Of a stretch of 64,000 nt of DNA, positions 35,048-46,248 are shown in pieces (positions within the stretch are counted from its first letter, which is position 1; each line of letters begins with the position of its first letter). A program made the position numbers and the translations under genes. The notes beneath the pieces were generated by a model. It saw only the letters and a list, made by a program, of their open reading frames with translations. It was not told the DNA's origin and did not search any database. This DNA is from Squalus acanthias (Eukaryota), in contig CM059432.1 in the NCBI GenBank assembly GCA_030390025.1, positions 111,106,001 through 111,170,000 on the forward strand, read 5' to 3'.

Positions 35048-38000
35048 TTAACGGACTAGGCGGACCAGAAATAGCCGCAGACGTTTAGCTCTCTGCTTGT
35101 GACTGGAAGGCACGTCTCCCCGGACCGTGTCCTGGTCCCTGGGTCGCTTGGCCGGTACCGGTAAGTCAGTAGAGTCCGCGTCATCTTGATCATCCTGTGG
35201 AGGACTGGGAATATCATGACTCCGGGTGCGGGTCCCCACAGGTGCTGAGCTGGCCTCATCCCGGGTCGTGGCTGGAGATTGTCCGGCGTCCTGGTTTCGG
35301 GTGGCCATCCTACGGGGAGCGTCCAGCTCCCTGAGTTGATCCGGTAGCGTTGCCAGCAGATCCCCCGATGTCCCAGGCGGGGCGTCATTTTCATAGGGGT
35401 GCGGAGTGTTGATATAATTGTCGGAGGATCCTTCATCATTCGGGCCCGTGTGACCGGTTGGGCAGGGAGCCAGATCTCGGAGCGAGACGGTGGTCTCCCG
35501 GCCATCAGGGTACCGTACGTGCGCATACGTGGGGTTTACCTCCGTTAACTCCACCTCGTCAACGAGAGGGTCGTTTTTGGCAGACCGGACGAACCTCCGG
35601 AGTAGTACCGGGCCTGGAGCCACCAACCATGACGGTAGAGACGTCCCATGTGTAGAGCGACGCCGGAATTTGAAGAATCGCTCATGAGGCGTGACATTAG
35701 TAGATGTGGAGAGAAGAGACCTGATAGAGTGTAACGCGTCGGGGAGCACCGTTTCCCACTGCTGGTCCGGCAGGTTGCGTGACCTTAGTGCCAGACGGAC
35801 AGCGTTCCAGATGATGGCATTGTATCGTTCAACCTGTCCGTTACTGATTGGGTGATATGGTGTCGTCCTACTTGAGGCGATTCCCCGTTGGGAGAGATAA
35901 CTTTTAAGTTCACTCGACATAAAGGAGGGACCCCGATCAGTGTGGATAAAATTGGCCGTCCCGCAAAGGGAAAAGACCTGATCGAGGCATTTAATTACCG
36001 TAGAGGTAAGCATATTAGGGCAGGGGAAGGCAAAGGGAAAGCGTGAATACTCGTCCATCTTCATAAGTAGGTAGGTGTTCCTTGTCGACGAAGGCAATGG
36101 CCCTTTAAAGTCTATGCTGAGCCTCTGCATAGGCTGCATTGCATGTATGAGTAAGCCATCTGATGGGCGAAAGAATTGTGGTTTCAATTCTGCACAAATC
36201 CTACAGGAGGAGCATGTTTTCTTTACGTCCTCGGTTGAAAATGGTAGATTTTTGGAGCGCACAAAGTGCAACATGCGGGTCACACCAGGATGGCATAAGT
36301 CCATATGCAAATCCGCCAGAGTCGACGTTGACATTGAGGAGCAAAATGCCCGTGTGAAGGTATCTGGGGCCACGTTCTGTTTGCCGGGTCGGTAACAGAT
36401 AGTATATCCAAAGGCAGCCAGCTCCATCCTCCAGAGTTGAATTTTATTATTTTTGATTTTCGTGCGCCTCCGGTTATCCAACATGAAGGCCACAGAGCGC
36501 TGGTCAGTTATAAGCGTAAAATGACGCCGAGCAAGAAAATGACCCCATTGGCGTACAGCCTCGATGATGGCCGTAGCCTCCTTCTCGACGGGGGGGTAAT
36601 GGAGCTCGCTACCCTGCAAGGTTCTGGATAGGAATGCCACGGGTCGGCCACCTTGATTCAAGGTAGCGGAGATCGCCACCTCCGATGCATCGCATTCGAC
36701 CACAAAAGGAAGATTTTCGTCAATGGAGCGAAGCGTGGCTTTCTCCAGCTGTCGTTTGAGGAGGTTGAAGGCAGAAATAGCCATAGCTTCCAATGGAAAA
36801 GACTTCGCATGGAGCAGGGGCTGTATTTTATCGGAGAAGTGTGGTATCCATTTTGCGTAATAAGCAAACATGCCAAGTGCCCGACGAAGAGAGCCGAGGT
36901 TCGTCGGGGGAGGGAGCTCCTGAAGTGGACGAAGTCGCTCTGGGTCCGGTTTAATAACACCGTTGCCCACCCAGTAGCCAAGAATGTTCACCGATGGCAC
37001 TGACTTCACCGATTTGGATTCGTTTAACGTTAAGTGGCGACGGCGGAGTACATCAAAAAATCTCTGAAGATTGGCGTTATGCTCCTTTTGATCATGGCCG
37101 GCAATAGTGATATTGTCTAAATACGGAAAGGTATCCGTCAAGTTCTCTTGCCGGACTAGGCCATCCATGGCCCGTTGGAAGATGGCCACCCCATTGGTGA
37201 CCCCGAATGGAAGGCGGCGAAACTGAAAAAGCCGACCATTGGCCTCAAAGGCCGTATACTTCTTGTCGGAGTCTTGCAGTGGCACCTGATGGTACGCGCT
37301 TTTTAAATCGAAGGTCGAGAATACCTTGTATTTGGCAAGGTTGTTGACCATGTCATCTATGCGTGGCAGCGGGTAGGCATCCAAATCGGTATATAGATTA
37401 ATAGTCTGCGAATAATCGATACACAGACGTTTTTTATGTTGTTTTAAGGGATTCCTCACGATGACGACCTGAGCCCGCCAGGGAGATGAACATGGCTCGA
37501 TAATACCGTCGACTAAAAGGCGAGAGATTTCCGCCTCAATAAACGCTCGATCATCTTGGCTAAAGCGCCGCGATTTGGTGGCTATGGGTTTACAGCGGGG
37601 GGGAAGATTGGCAAACAGGGAGGGTTCACCGAGTAAGGCCGCCGAGAGTGCACAAAACGGCACCTTAGAAATGGTAAGCTCCGGCCTTGACCCTCCAAAC
37701 TCAAAAGTGATCTTCTTGTGCTGCTTCTGGAAGTCCTGTCCCAGAAGCACATCGCTGCATAAGTTTGCGAGTACTCCGAGCCGGGTGGAGAGATACGTGC
37801 GGCCGTTGAAGATGAGGTTGACCAGACAGAAGCCAGAAGAATTGGTGGTCAGAGTCGTCAGAGCCATTGCAATCTCCCTGTCCGAGGGATAAATGTGCAG
37901 TTTTAACCTGTTGACAGCCCGCTTACTAATGAAGCTGTCAGAGCTGCAGGAGTCGATTAGCGCGCTTAGAGTGTGCCCATTTACTGAAACCTTCGTGGCT

Positions 38001-38989
38001 GCATGGGACAAACTTTGGGGAAAAACAGCCGTGATGGGAGGAGGGGCAATTTTCCCTTTGGCAACTGTAGCCTTAACAGTAGTTCTTGGGGGAGGAGCAG
38101 CTCCATAGATAGCAGCTGTGAAGCTAACAGGAGCTCTCGACCGGTATACTTTAGAGGAGCGGCCTTTCTTGTTAGCAAAGGCCCGTGACTGGCATACCTT
38201 GGAAAAGTGTCCTTTCTTGCTGCAATGATTGCAGGTCACATTACGAGCCGGGCAAAATTTTCTGTGATGGCACGCCCCTCCACAAAAGAAACACTTTCTT
38301 CCTGATTGCCAGGATGCTGCTAGGGCGGGGTCGTCATCAGCGAAGGCCTCTAGGGTAGGGTCGTTGTCTGTTAGAGTAGAGTCAACATCAGTGGGGGCAT
38401 CCGCCCGAGACCTACCGAAAGACTCATTAAAGGAGATAGCCGCCGCCCGTGCACGTGGTGGGAGATAAGTGTTTGCATTTTTCTTGGCCAAGTCCAAGGA
38501 ACACGCCTGGTCATAAGCAGCCCGTAAATTGAGGGTTTTATTTTCCAGCAGGCGCTGACGTATAAAAGGGGACGCGATTCCATTGATAAAGGAATCGCGG
38601 ATTAGTTCCTCTTGATACTGTTCAGCTGAAACTGCTTTAAGGTTACAATCCTTGCTGAGCCTGCGAAGTTTCTGGAGAAATTCATCGAGTGATTCCCCAG
38701 GCTGCTGCCGAGTTGTGGCCAGTAGGTGTCAAGCAAAGATTTCATTTGGGGACTTGACATATAGCTGCTGTAAGATTTCGATAGCAGTGTCATAGTCTAT
38801 ACAGTCCTCAATATAATCATACACATGAGGAGACACGTAGTTGATAAGCATTCGTAACTTATTAGGGACATCCGCCCCACATTCTTCAAGAAAGTTGCTA
38901 AAGGTACGAAACCAATGCTTCCATACCTTTGCTGCCGCAGGTGCATTCGGGTCCAGGTCGAGACGAGCGGGTCTAAGGAGTTTTTCCAT
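35048..38989 (-). pseudogene. Gag-Pol polyprotein (1314 codons) with a single in-frame TGA at 38729-38731
   Basis: ORFs 38729-38989 and 35048-38497 share a frame, and I translated the gap as open (FA*HLLATTRQQPGESLDEF...LIRDSFING). Motifs: CFFC...CNHCSKKGHFSKVC, LIDSCS (protease), LPFG/YLDN (RT), ECDAS (RNase H), HPG...CRIC, IDFKGP, HTDRG, NGQVER (integrase). Confidence 0.93.
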
Positions 38990-39075
38990 GATGGATCAGT
39001 TTCTTGCCCAAGTTCCCTTCTGTGGTTCGAGTTGCAGCTGGTTGTTCCGAATCACCCAAAGCGTGGAGACGATAT

Positions 39076-39088
39076 CAAGTTGATTAAA
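39076..39088 (-). promoter_or_regulatory. Non-tRNA primer-binding-site position, complementary to the element's own LTR
   Basis: One nt downstream of the 5' LTR the sense strand reads TTTAATCAACTTG (no TGG). This is the exact complement of sense-strand CAAGTTGATTAAA at 39146-39134. Confidence 0.75.
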
Positions 39089-39089
39089 T

Positions 39090-39304
39090 TGACGTAATAA
39101 AGACTCACTACGCACTTGAACATAAAGCAAGGCTTTAATCAACTTGTAACAAAACATGGAGGTCCAGTTAGCAGTCACTAGCTTCCTGTTTCCAGATTGT
39201 CTCTGCCCAAGGTGGGCCCATGCCTGAGTATTTATACTCCCTGGACGGCGCCCCAGCTGGCTGCCCAGTAGTACTTCCTGAGTTGTTACTTGCGATTTAT
39301 GACA
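39090..39304 (-). repeat. 5' LTR of the Gypsy element
   Basis: 215 bp; sense-strand TATAAATA at 39236-39229 and ATTAAA at 39139-39134. Confidence 0.97.
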
Positions 39305-39949
39305 AGTATTATTAGGGGGATAGATAGAGTTCTCTGCAGCCGAGAGCGACAGTCCCGTAGGCTGTGTTGCCTGCCCGGTGCCAGGGTTAAGGACATCTCC
39401 TCTGGGCTGGAAAGAAACTTGCAGTGGGAGGGGGTGGATCCAGTTGTCGTGGTCCCTGTTGGTACAAATGACGTAGATAGGACAAGGAAGCCGGTTCTGT
39501 TAAAGGAGTATGAGCAGCTAGGGGTCAAATTAAAAAACAGAACTTCAAGGGTAATAATCTCTGGATTATTACCTGAGCCACGAGCGAATTTGGCTAGGAC
39601 AAATAAAATTAGAGAGTTAAATGAGTGGCTCAAAGACTGGTGTGGTAGAAATGGGTTTTGCTTCCTGGGACACTGGCACCAGTACTGGGGCAGGAGGGAG
39701 CTGTTCCGTTGGGACGGGCTTCACTTGGCCAGTGCTGGGACTAGAGTCCTGGCGGATCATATAACTAGGGCTGTAGAGAGGGCTTTAAACTAACTAGTGG
39801 GGGGGAGGTTCCTAGAGAGCAAATAATAAAAATGACAACAGAGAAGGTCATAGACTTAGGTAGCAGTGGGGAAATTAAAAACCAGAGTGTGTCAGGAAGG
39901 GGCAGAAGGTATGGAGTAAAAGGTAAAGTAATAAAAAGGGCAAAAGCAG

Positions 39950-42782
39950 GAACTAAGTGTCACAAAACATATTTGAAAGTTCACTATCTGAATGCACGTA
40001 GCATTTGTAACAAAATAGATGAGTTAATGGCACAAATAACTACATATGGGTATGATCTTGTGGCCATTACAGAAACATGGCTACAGGGTAACAATGCCTG
40101 GAAATTAAACATACCAGGTTATTTAACGATCAGGAAGGACAGGCAGGAAGGAAGGGGAGGTGGGGTGGCTATGTTAATAAAGGAAGGAATCACTGTAATA
40201 CAGAGAAATGATATTGGGTCAAAAGATCAGGATAATGAAACAGTTTGGGTGGAGATAAGGAATAATAAGGGGAAAAAAACACTAGTGGGCGTAGTCTATA
40301 GGCCTCCGAATAGTTGCAACTCTGTTGGACGGAGTATCAATCAGGAAATAGTTGAGGCTTGTAATAAGGGAACATCTATAATTATGGGGGATTGAAACTA
40401 TCATATTAATTGGACAAATCAAATTGGGCAGGGCTGCCTTGAGAATGAGTTCATTGAGTGTATTAGGGATGGGTTTCTTGAGCAGTATGTAACTGAACCG
40501 ACCAGGGGGCAAGCAACCTTAGATCTGGTCCTGTGTAACGAGACAAGATTAATTAAAAATGTCCTAGTAAAGGATCCCCTTGGAATGAGTGACCATAACA
40601 TGGTTGAATTCCATATTCAATTAGAGGGTGAGAAGGTTGGATCTCAAACAAGCGTGCTAAGCTTGAATAAAGGAGACTATGAAGGTATGCGAGCAGAATT
40701 TAGTAGAGTGGATTGGGAAAATAGATTAAAGGGTAAGATGATACATGATCAGTGGTGTACATTTAAGGAGTTATTTTACAACTTCCAAAAAATATATATT
40801 CCACTGAGAAGAAAAGGGTGTAAAAGAAAAGACAGTCATCCGTGGCTAAGTAAAGAAATTAGGATAGTATTCGACTAAAAACAAGGGCTTATAAGGTAGC
40901 CAAATCTAGTGGGAGGATAGAGGATTGGGAAAACTTTAAAAGACAGCAAAAAATAACAAAAAGATTGATTAAGAAAGGGAAGATAGATTATGAAAGTAAA
41001 TTAGCAAAAAATATAAAAACAGATAGTAAGAGTTTTTATAGTTATATAAAAAGAAAAAGGGTGGCTAAAGTAAATGTTGGTCCCTTAGAGGATGAGACCA
41101 GGAAATTAATGGTGGGAAATATGGAGATGGCAAATACACTGAATGAATATTTTGTATCAGTCTTTACAGTAGAGGACACTAAGAATATCCCAACACTGGA
41201 CAAACAGGGGGCTATAGGGGGGGAGGAGCTAAACACGATCAAAATCACTAAGGAAGTGGTACTCGGTAAAATAATGGGACTCAAGGCGGATAAATCACCT
41301 GGACCTGATGGCTTACATCCTAGGGTCTTGAGGGAAGTGGTGGTAGGGATTGTGGATGCATTGGTAATAATTTTCCAAAACTCCCTGGACTCAGCAAAGA
41401 TCTCGGCAGACTGGAAAACTGCTAATGTAACACCCTTATTTAAAAAGGGCAGTAGACAGAAGGCTGGAAACTATAGACCGGTTAGCCTAACATCTGTGGT
41501 AGGTAAAATTATGGAGTCCATTATTAAGGAGACAGTAACGGGACATTTGGACAATCATAATTTAATAGGACAAAGTCAGCATGGCTTTATGAAGGGGAAG
41601 TCATGTCTGACAAATTTGCTCGAGTTCTTTGAGGAAGTAACACACAGGGTGGATAAAGGGGAACCAGTGGACGTAGTGTATTTAGACTTCCAAAAGGCAT
41701 TTGACAAGGTGTCACACAAAAGATTATTGCTTAAGATAAAAAATCACGGGATTGGGGGTAATATTCTGGCATGGATAGAGGATTGGCTATCTAACAGAAG
41801 GCAGAGAGTTGGGATAAATGGTTCATTCTCAGACTGGCAATCAGTAACTAGTGGTGTTCCGCAGGGGTCAGTGCTGGGTCCCCAACTCTTTACAATCTAT
41901 ATTAACGATTTGGAGGAGGGGACCGAGTGTAACATATCAAAGTTTGCAGATGATACTAAGATGGGAAGGAAAGTAGTGAGTGAGGAGGACATAAAAAATC
42001 TGCAAGGGGACTTAGACAGGCTAAGTAAGTGGGCAGAGATTTGGCAGATGGAATACAATACTGGAAAGTGTGAGGTTATGCACATTGGCAGGAAAAATAG
42101 TAGAGCAAGTTATTATCTAAATGGCAAGAAACTGGAAAGTACTGAAGTACAAAGGGATCTGGGGGTCCTGGTGCACGAAACTCAAAAGGTTAGTATGCAG
42201 GTGCAGCAAGTGATTAAGAAGGCCAATGGAATGTTGGCTTTCATTGCTAAGGGGATAGACTATAAAAATAGGGAGGTATTGCTTCAGTTGTACAAGGTAT
42301 TGGTGAGACCACACCTGGAATATTGCATACAGTTTTGGTGTCCATACTTAAGAAAAGACATACTTGCTCTCGAGTCAGTACAAAGAAGGTTCACTCGGTT
42401 AATCCCAGGGATGAGGGGATGGACATATGAGGAGAGGTTGGGTAGATTAGGACTCTACTCATTGGAGTTCCGAAGAATGAGAGGCGATCTTATTGAAACA
42501 TATAAGATTGTGAAGGGGTTGGATCGGGTGGATGCGGGGAGGATGTTCCCGATGATGGGTGAAACTAGAACTAGGGGGCATAGTCTTAGAATAAGGGGCT
42601 GCTCTTTCAAAACTGAGATGAGAAGGAACTACTTCACTCAGAGGGTGGTAGGTCCATGGAATATGCTGCCCCAAAAAGCTGTAGAAGCTACATCATTACA
42701 TAAATTTAAAACAGAAATAGACAGTTTCCTAGAAGTAAAGGGAATTAAGGGTTACGGGGAGCGGGCAGGAATTTGGACATGA
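39950..42782 (+). pseudogene. CR1 ORF2 (APE endonuclease plus reverse transcriptase), disrupted in its 5' third
   Basis: YLNARSI, AITETWL, MGD*, SDH, then an open 605-aa stretch with [30 protein letters not shown] and KFADD. Confidence 0.92.
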
Positions 42783-43479
42783 GTCTAGGTTCGGATCGGT
42801 CATGGCCCTGTGGGTAGCGTAGCGGGCCCAGGGGCCGTGTAGCCTGATCCTGCTCCTATTTCGTGTGTCCAATTCTGTTAGGTTCAGGAGATGGTTCTGT
42901 GATAGTAGATTGGCGGTTAGGATCAGATCAGCCATGATCTTATTGAATGGCGGAGCAGGCTCGAGGGGCCAATTGGCCTACTCCTGCTCCTATTTCTTAT
43001 GTTCTTATGTAACTGGGTTCCACCCCATTTTCCAGTCTCCATCTGGCTGGAGAAGCATCTAGGGCCTGCTCGGAATTTGGGGTTTTATATATTTATGAAC
43101 AGAATCGTCCACAACATTTTTAGTATTTTAAGTTTGCTCTTACCAACTCTAAGAACCAGTCAAATGCAGCACAATTCAAGCTTTAGTACAGAATACAGGG
43201 GTAATTTTTCAAATTTGCACTCACAGCTATGAGCTTTGCCTGACATGAGTGCATATTGGGGTTAAAATAAATGGATGGAAAATTATGGGGGGTCATATGT
43301 CCAAATTGCTGATATACGCTCCTGGCAGGTGAAGATTCATTGTGGAAGCACAAGTTTGTAAAATTCTCAGCACTGAACAGAAAAACCTCTGCTATGCTCT
43401 CATTGGACAGCACATGGCCCCTCTGCCAGGTTAGGTATTAGAAAAGCGCATCAAATCACCAAGGGTAAAAACAGTGATA

Positions 43480-43760
43480 AAGAAGGAACTGCATTTACGT
43501 TCCACCTTTCATGTCCTCAGGACATATCAAAGCTGTGAATTACTTTTGAAGTGCAGTCACTGTTATTTTGTAGGCAAATGCGGGAGCCAATTTGCACACA
43601 GCAAGGTCCCACAAACAGCATTGAGATGAATGACCAGTTAATCTGTTTTTGATGGTGTTCGTTGGGGGATAAATGTTAGCCAAGACCGTCCTGAGAACTC
43701 CCCAGCTCATTTTAAAATACTGCCATGATATTTTTATATCCACTCAAGAGATCAGATAGA
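43480..43760 (-). mobile_element. Degenerate Deu-domain SINE (SacSINE1/AmnSINE-like) 3' part
   Basis: Recognised from memory of the family: TTTTGAAGTGCAGTCACTGTT...GCCAATTTGCACACAGCAAGGTCCCACAAACAGCA...AAATACTGCCATG. No database search was run. Confidence 0.6.
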
Positions 43761-43982
43761 TTCCCAGTTGAACTCAGGCCTCAGTGACCACTGCAGACTC
43801 TCGAGTGGAGTAGACCCGAAGCGTGATCCGCTCATTGGAATCTAATTTGGCAGAGGGAGCCTAAAACAGGTGTTAGGCCCCTCATTTAAGAGGCTTAATG
43901 ACTATATTAAGCGGCCGCCATGAACGTCTGACAAGCGGCTCAACCCAATATCAGGTCGGCATCTTTCAAGTGTCCTAAATAT

Positions 43983-44550
43983 GTCCAACTAAATATTGGG
44001 AGGACCAAAGCCATTGTCTTCGGTCCTCATCACAAACTCCGTTCCCTAGCCACCGAATCCATCCCTCTCCCTAGCATCTCTCTGAGGCTGAACCAGACTG
44101 TTTGCAACCTTGGTATCATATTTGACCTTGAAATGAGCTCCTGGTTAAGCAATGCCTCGATTTAAAAATTCTCATCCTTGTTTTCAAATCCCTCCATGGC
44201 CTTACCACTCCCTATCTCTGTAATCTCCTCCAGCCCCACAACCCCCCGAGATATCTGTGCTCCTCCAATTCTGCCCTCTTGAGCATCCCCAATTTTAATG
44301 GCTCCACCATCGGTGGTCGCGCCTTCAGCTGCCAAGGCCCTAAGCTCTGGAATTCCCTCCCTAAACCTTGCTGCCTCTCTACCTCTCTTTCCTCCTTTAA
44401 GACGCTCCTTAAAACCTTCCTCTTTATCTGCCCTAATATCTCCTTTTGTGGCTTGGTGTCAAATTTTGTCTTATAATACTCCTGTGCAGCGCCTTGGGAC
44501 ATTTTACGATGTTAAAGGCGCTTTATAAATACAAGTTATTGTTGTTGTTG
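43983..44550 (+). mobile_element. L2 LINE 3' end with an internal deletion
   Basis: Translates to QLNIGRTKAIVFG...NLGIIFD and GGRAFSCQGPKLWNSLP...SFKTLLKTFLF; tail AAAGGCGCTTTATAAATACAAGTTA(TTG)n. Confidence 0.85.
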
Positions 44551-44925
44551 ATGTCCTTGGGGCAAAGGAACCTCATTGTGTCTATTTTGCACAATGAGGT
44601 TCAATTTCTACCCCAATATCTAAATTATACAAACGGGCATACTATAACATTATCAGCTTATTAAAAGGTATTACAACAGACTGGTACGATACTGCTGTAA
44701 TTGTTGCAAGCATTTCCATCCACTTCTAATAAGATCTTTCAGGACTTATGCTACAGTGCCCTCAGTGAAGCTTTTCACTGAAAGTAAAAATTGTAACATC
44801 TAACCACACTGATGACATTGAGTGAGCTGCTGGGTGAGTAAACATAACAACAGGCTTCAATGTCACACAATTCGCATTACTGAATAGCCACAAATGTTAT
44901 GATCTCATCATTTGACTTTCATTGG

Positions 44926-45214
44926 TGCACAGATTTAAGGTGATCGGCAAAAGAACCAGAGGCGACATGAGGAAAAACTTCTTTACGCAGCGAGTGGTTA
45001 GGGTCTGGAATGCGCTGCCTGATAGGGTGGTGGAAACAGAGTCAATAGTGGCCTTCAAAAGGGAATTGGATAAATACTTGAAGAAGAAAAAATTGCAGGG
45101 ATATGGGGAAAGAGCGGGGGAAGTGGGACTGACTGGATTGCTCTTTGAAAGAGCCGGCGCAGACTCGATGGGCCGAATGGCCTCTTTCTGTGCTGTACTA
45201 TTCTATGATTCTAT
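44926..45214 (+). mobile_element. CR1 3' end fragment (TTCTATGA-tail subfamily)
   Basis: HRFKVIGKRTRGDMRKNFFTQRVVRVWNALP; tail TTCTATGATTCTAT. Confidence 0.9.
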
Positions 45215-46140
45215 TTCCTTGCACTATATCCTGATTCTATATCCTGACTATTTATGACACATGTAACAGCTAAGCAAAATCAGAGGAAGCTTTGTTACAT
45301 CATTAGTTTAATAACAAGCAATAGACAATCTTTCTATCCGTATCTTTGCAACAGGCCTTCACCATGGTAGGTGTCCAATAAGTCTTCCCTTCCATCTCCC
45401 ATCAGCTGTCATCTCCATACAATTCCTTAAGCTAGAAAGGGAGGCCAATTTATTGAACTCCTTAGCTATTTGTAATGCCAAGTCACACCATGCTCAGCTA
45501 ACATGAAGAACACTTGTAAGACGGCCTGTGTCAATCTTCCTCTCCACAAGGTCAGACACTGCATTATTATTATAGCAGCATCCTGGCTGAGAACTGATAA
45601 AACTCATGATAAGTGCTGTTGCTAGATTTGAGCCTCAGGCAGCACTGGGACCCATAACTGTGACTACAGGGCTGTGACCTGAGTACCTTAACCTCTACAG
45701 TGCCCAGTTATAGTACTGCTTTCAGCTTGACAGAGATAGTGTCATGTTGCTGAACTACATTGTCTGATTTGGGAGCTATCCAAAATCAGGTCTATAATCA
45801 ATCCACCACTCTTAGAAAAGCATTAAGTATGCACTCCTCATATAACAGAGGATGCAGACGTCGGTGTCCAATTGCAAGGGACATGAACAGGTATATGTGA
45901 TGATTTTGTTAATAATGTCAGCACTGTTTGTGAGTTGACCAAGGCCTTTGACTGCATGAGAAAAGCTGCTTTACAGACCTCAGTCAACAGGAAGCCAGCT
46001 TCCAATCTATACCCTAACTGCCTCATGTCATTAGAATGGAGCATTCAGATAAAGTGGGCTGCAGTATTCCCACATTTACAGGAATTACTGTATGTTATGC
46101 CAAATGATCTGTATCAGGTAAGGGAAGCTGGTAATCTACA

Positions 46141-46248
46141 AAGAAACAAAAGTAAGAAAGAGAGAGAAGATAAAGAGAGAGCAGAGGAAGAAAAGAGAAG
46201 AAAGAGAAATGAGAAAGAGAGGAGAGAGAAGGAAAGAATTGAGAGAAA
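46141..46248. repeat. GA-rich low-complexity tract
   Basis: About 110 bp of almost only A and G. Confidence 0.8.

Larger units (their letters stand above)
34795..39304 (-). mobile_element. Full-length Ty3/Gypsy LTR retrotransposon (4510 bp, single gag-pol ORF, probably Mag-like)
   Basis: Two 215-bp TG...CA LTRs differing at 2 positions. 5-bp TSD AGTAT (34790-34794 / 39305-39309). Domain order gag-PR-RT-RH-IN; tandem Cys/His knuckles. Confidence 0.97.
34325..39793 (+). pseudogene. CR1 ORF1 (zinc finger/coiled coil plus SGNH esterase-like domain), split into 34325-34794 and 39310-39793
   Basis: MEQVMCYCCEMW...YICDKC...LSNRFEVL...VVVVRDSI | IRGIDR...CCLPGA...VGTND...DGLHL. The frame rejoins after removing the Gypsy element and one TSD copy. 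Confidence 0.88.
34050..43010 (+). mobile_element. Near full-length CR1 LINE (double-tail subfamily) interrupted by a Gypsy element; 5' boundary approximate
   Basis: ORF1 is split at 34794/39305. ORF2 fragments at 39832-40395 and 40585-40878, open 605-aa RT segment at 40965-42782, tail to 43010. Confidence 0.93.
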
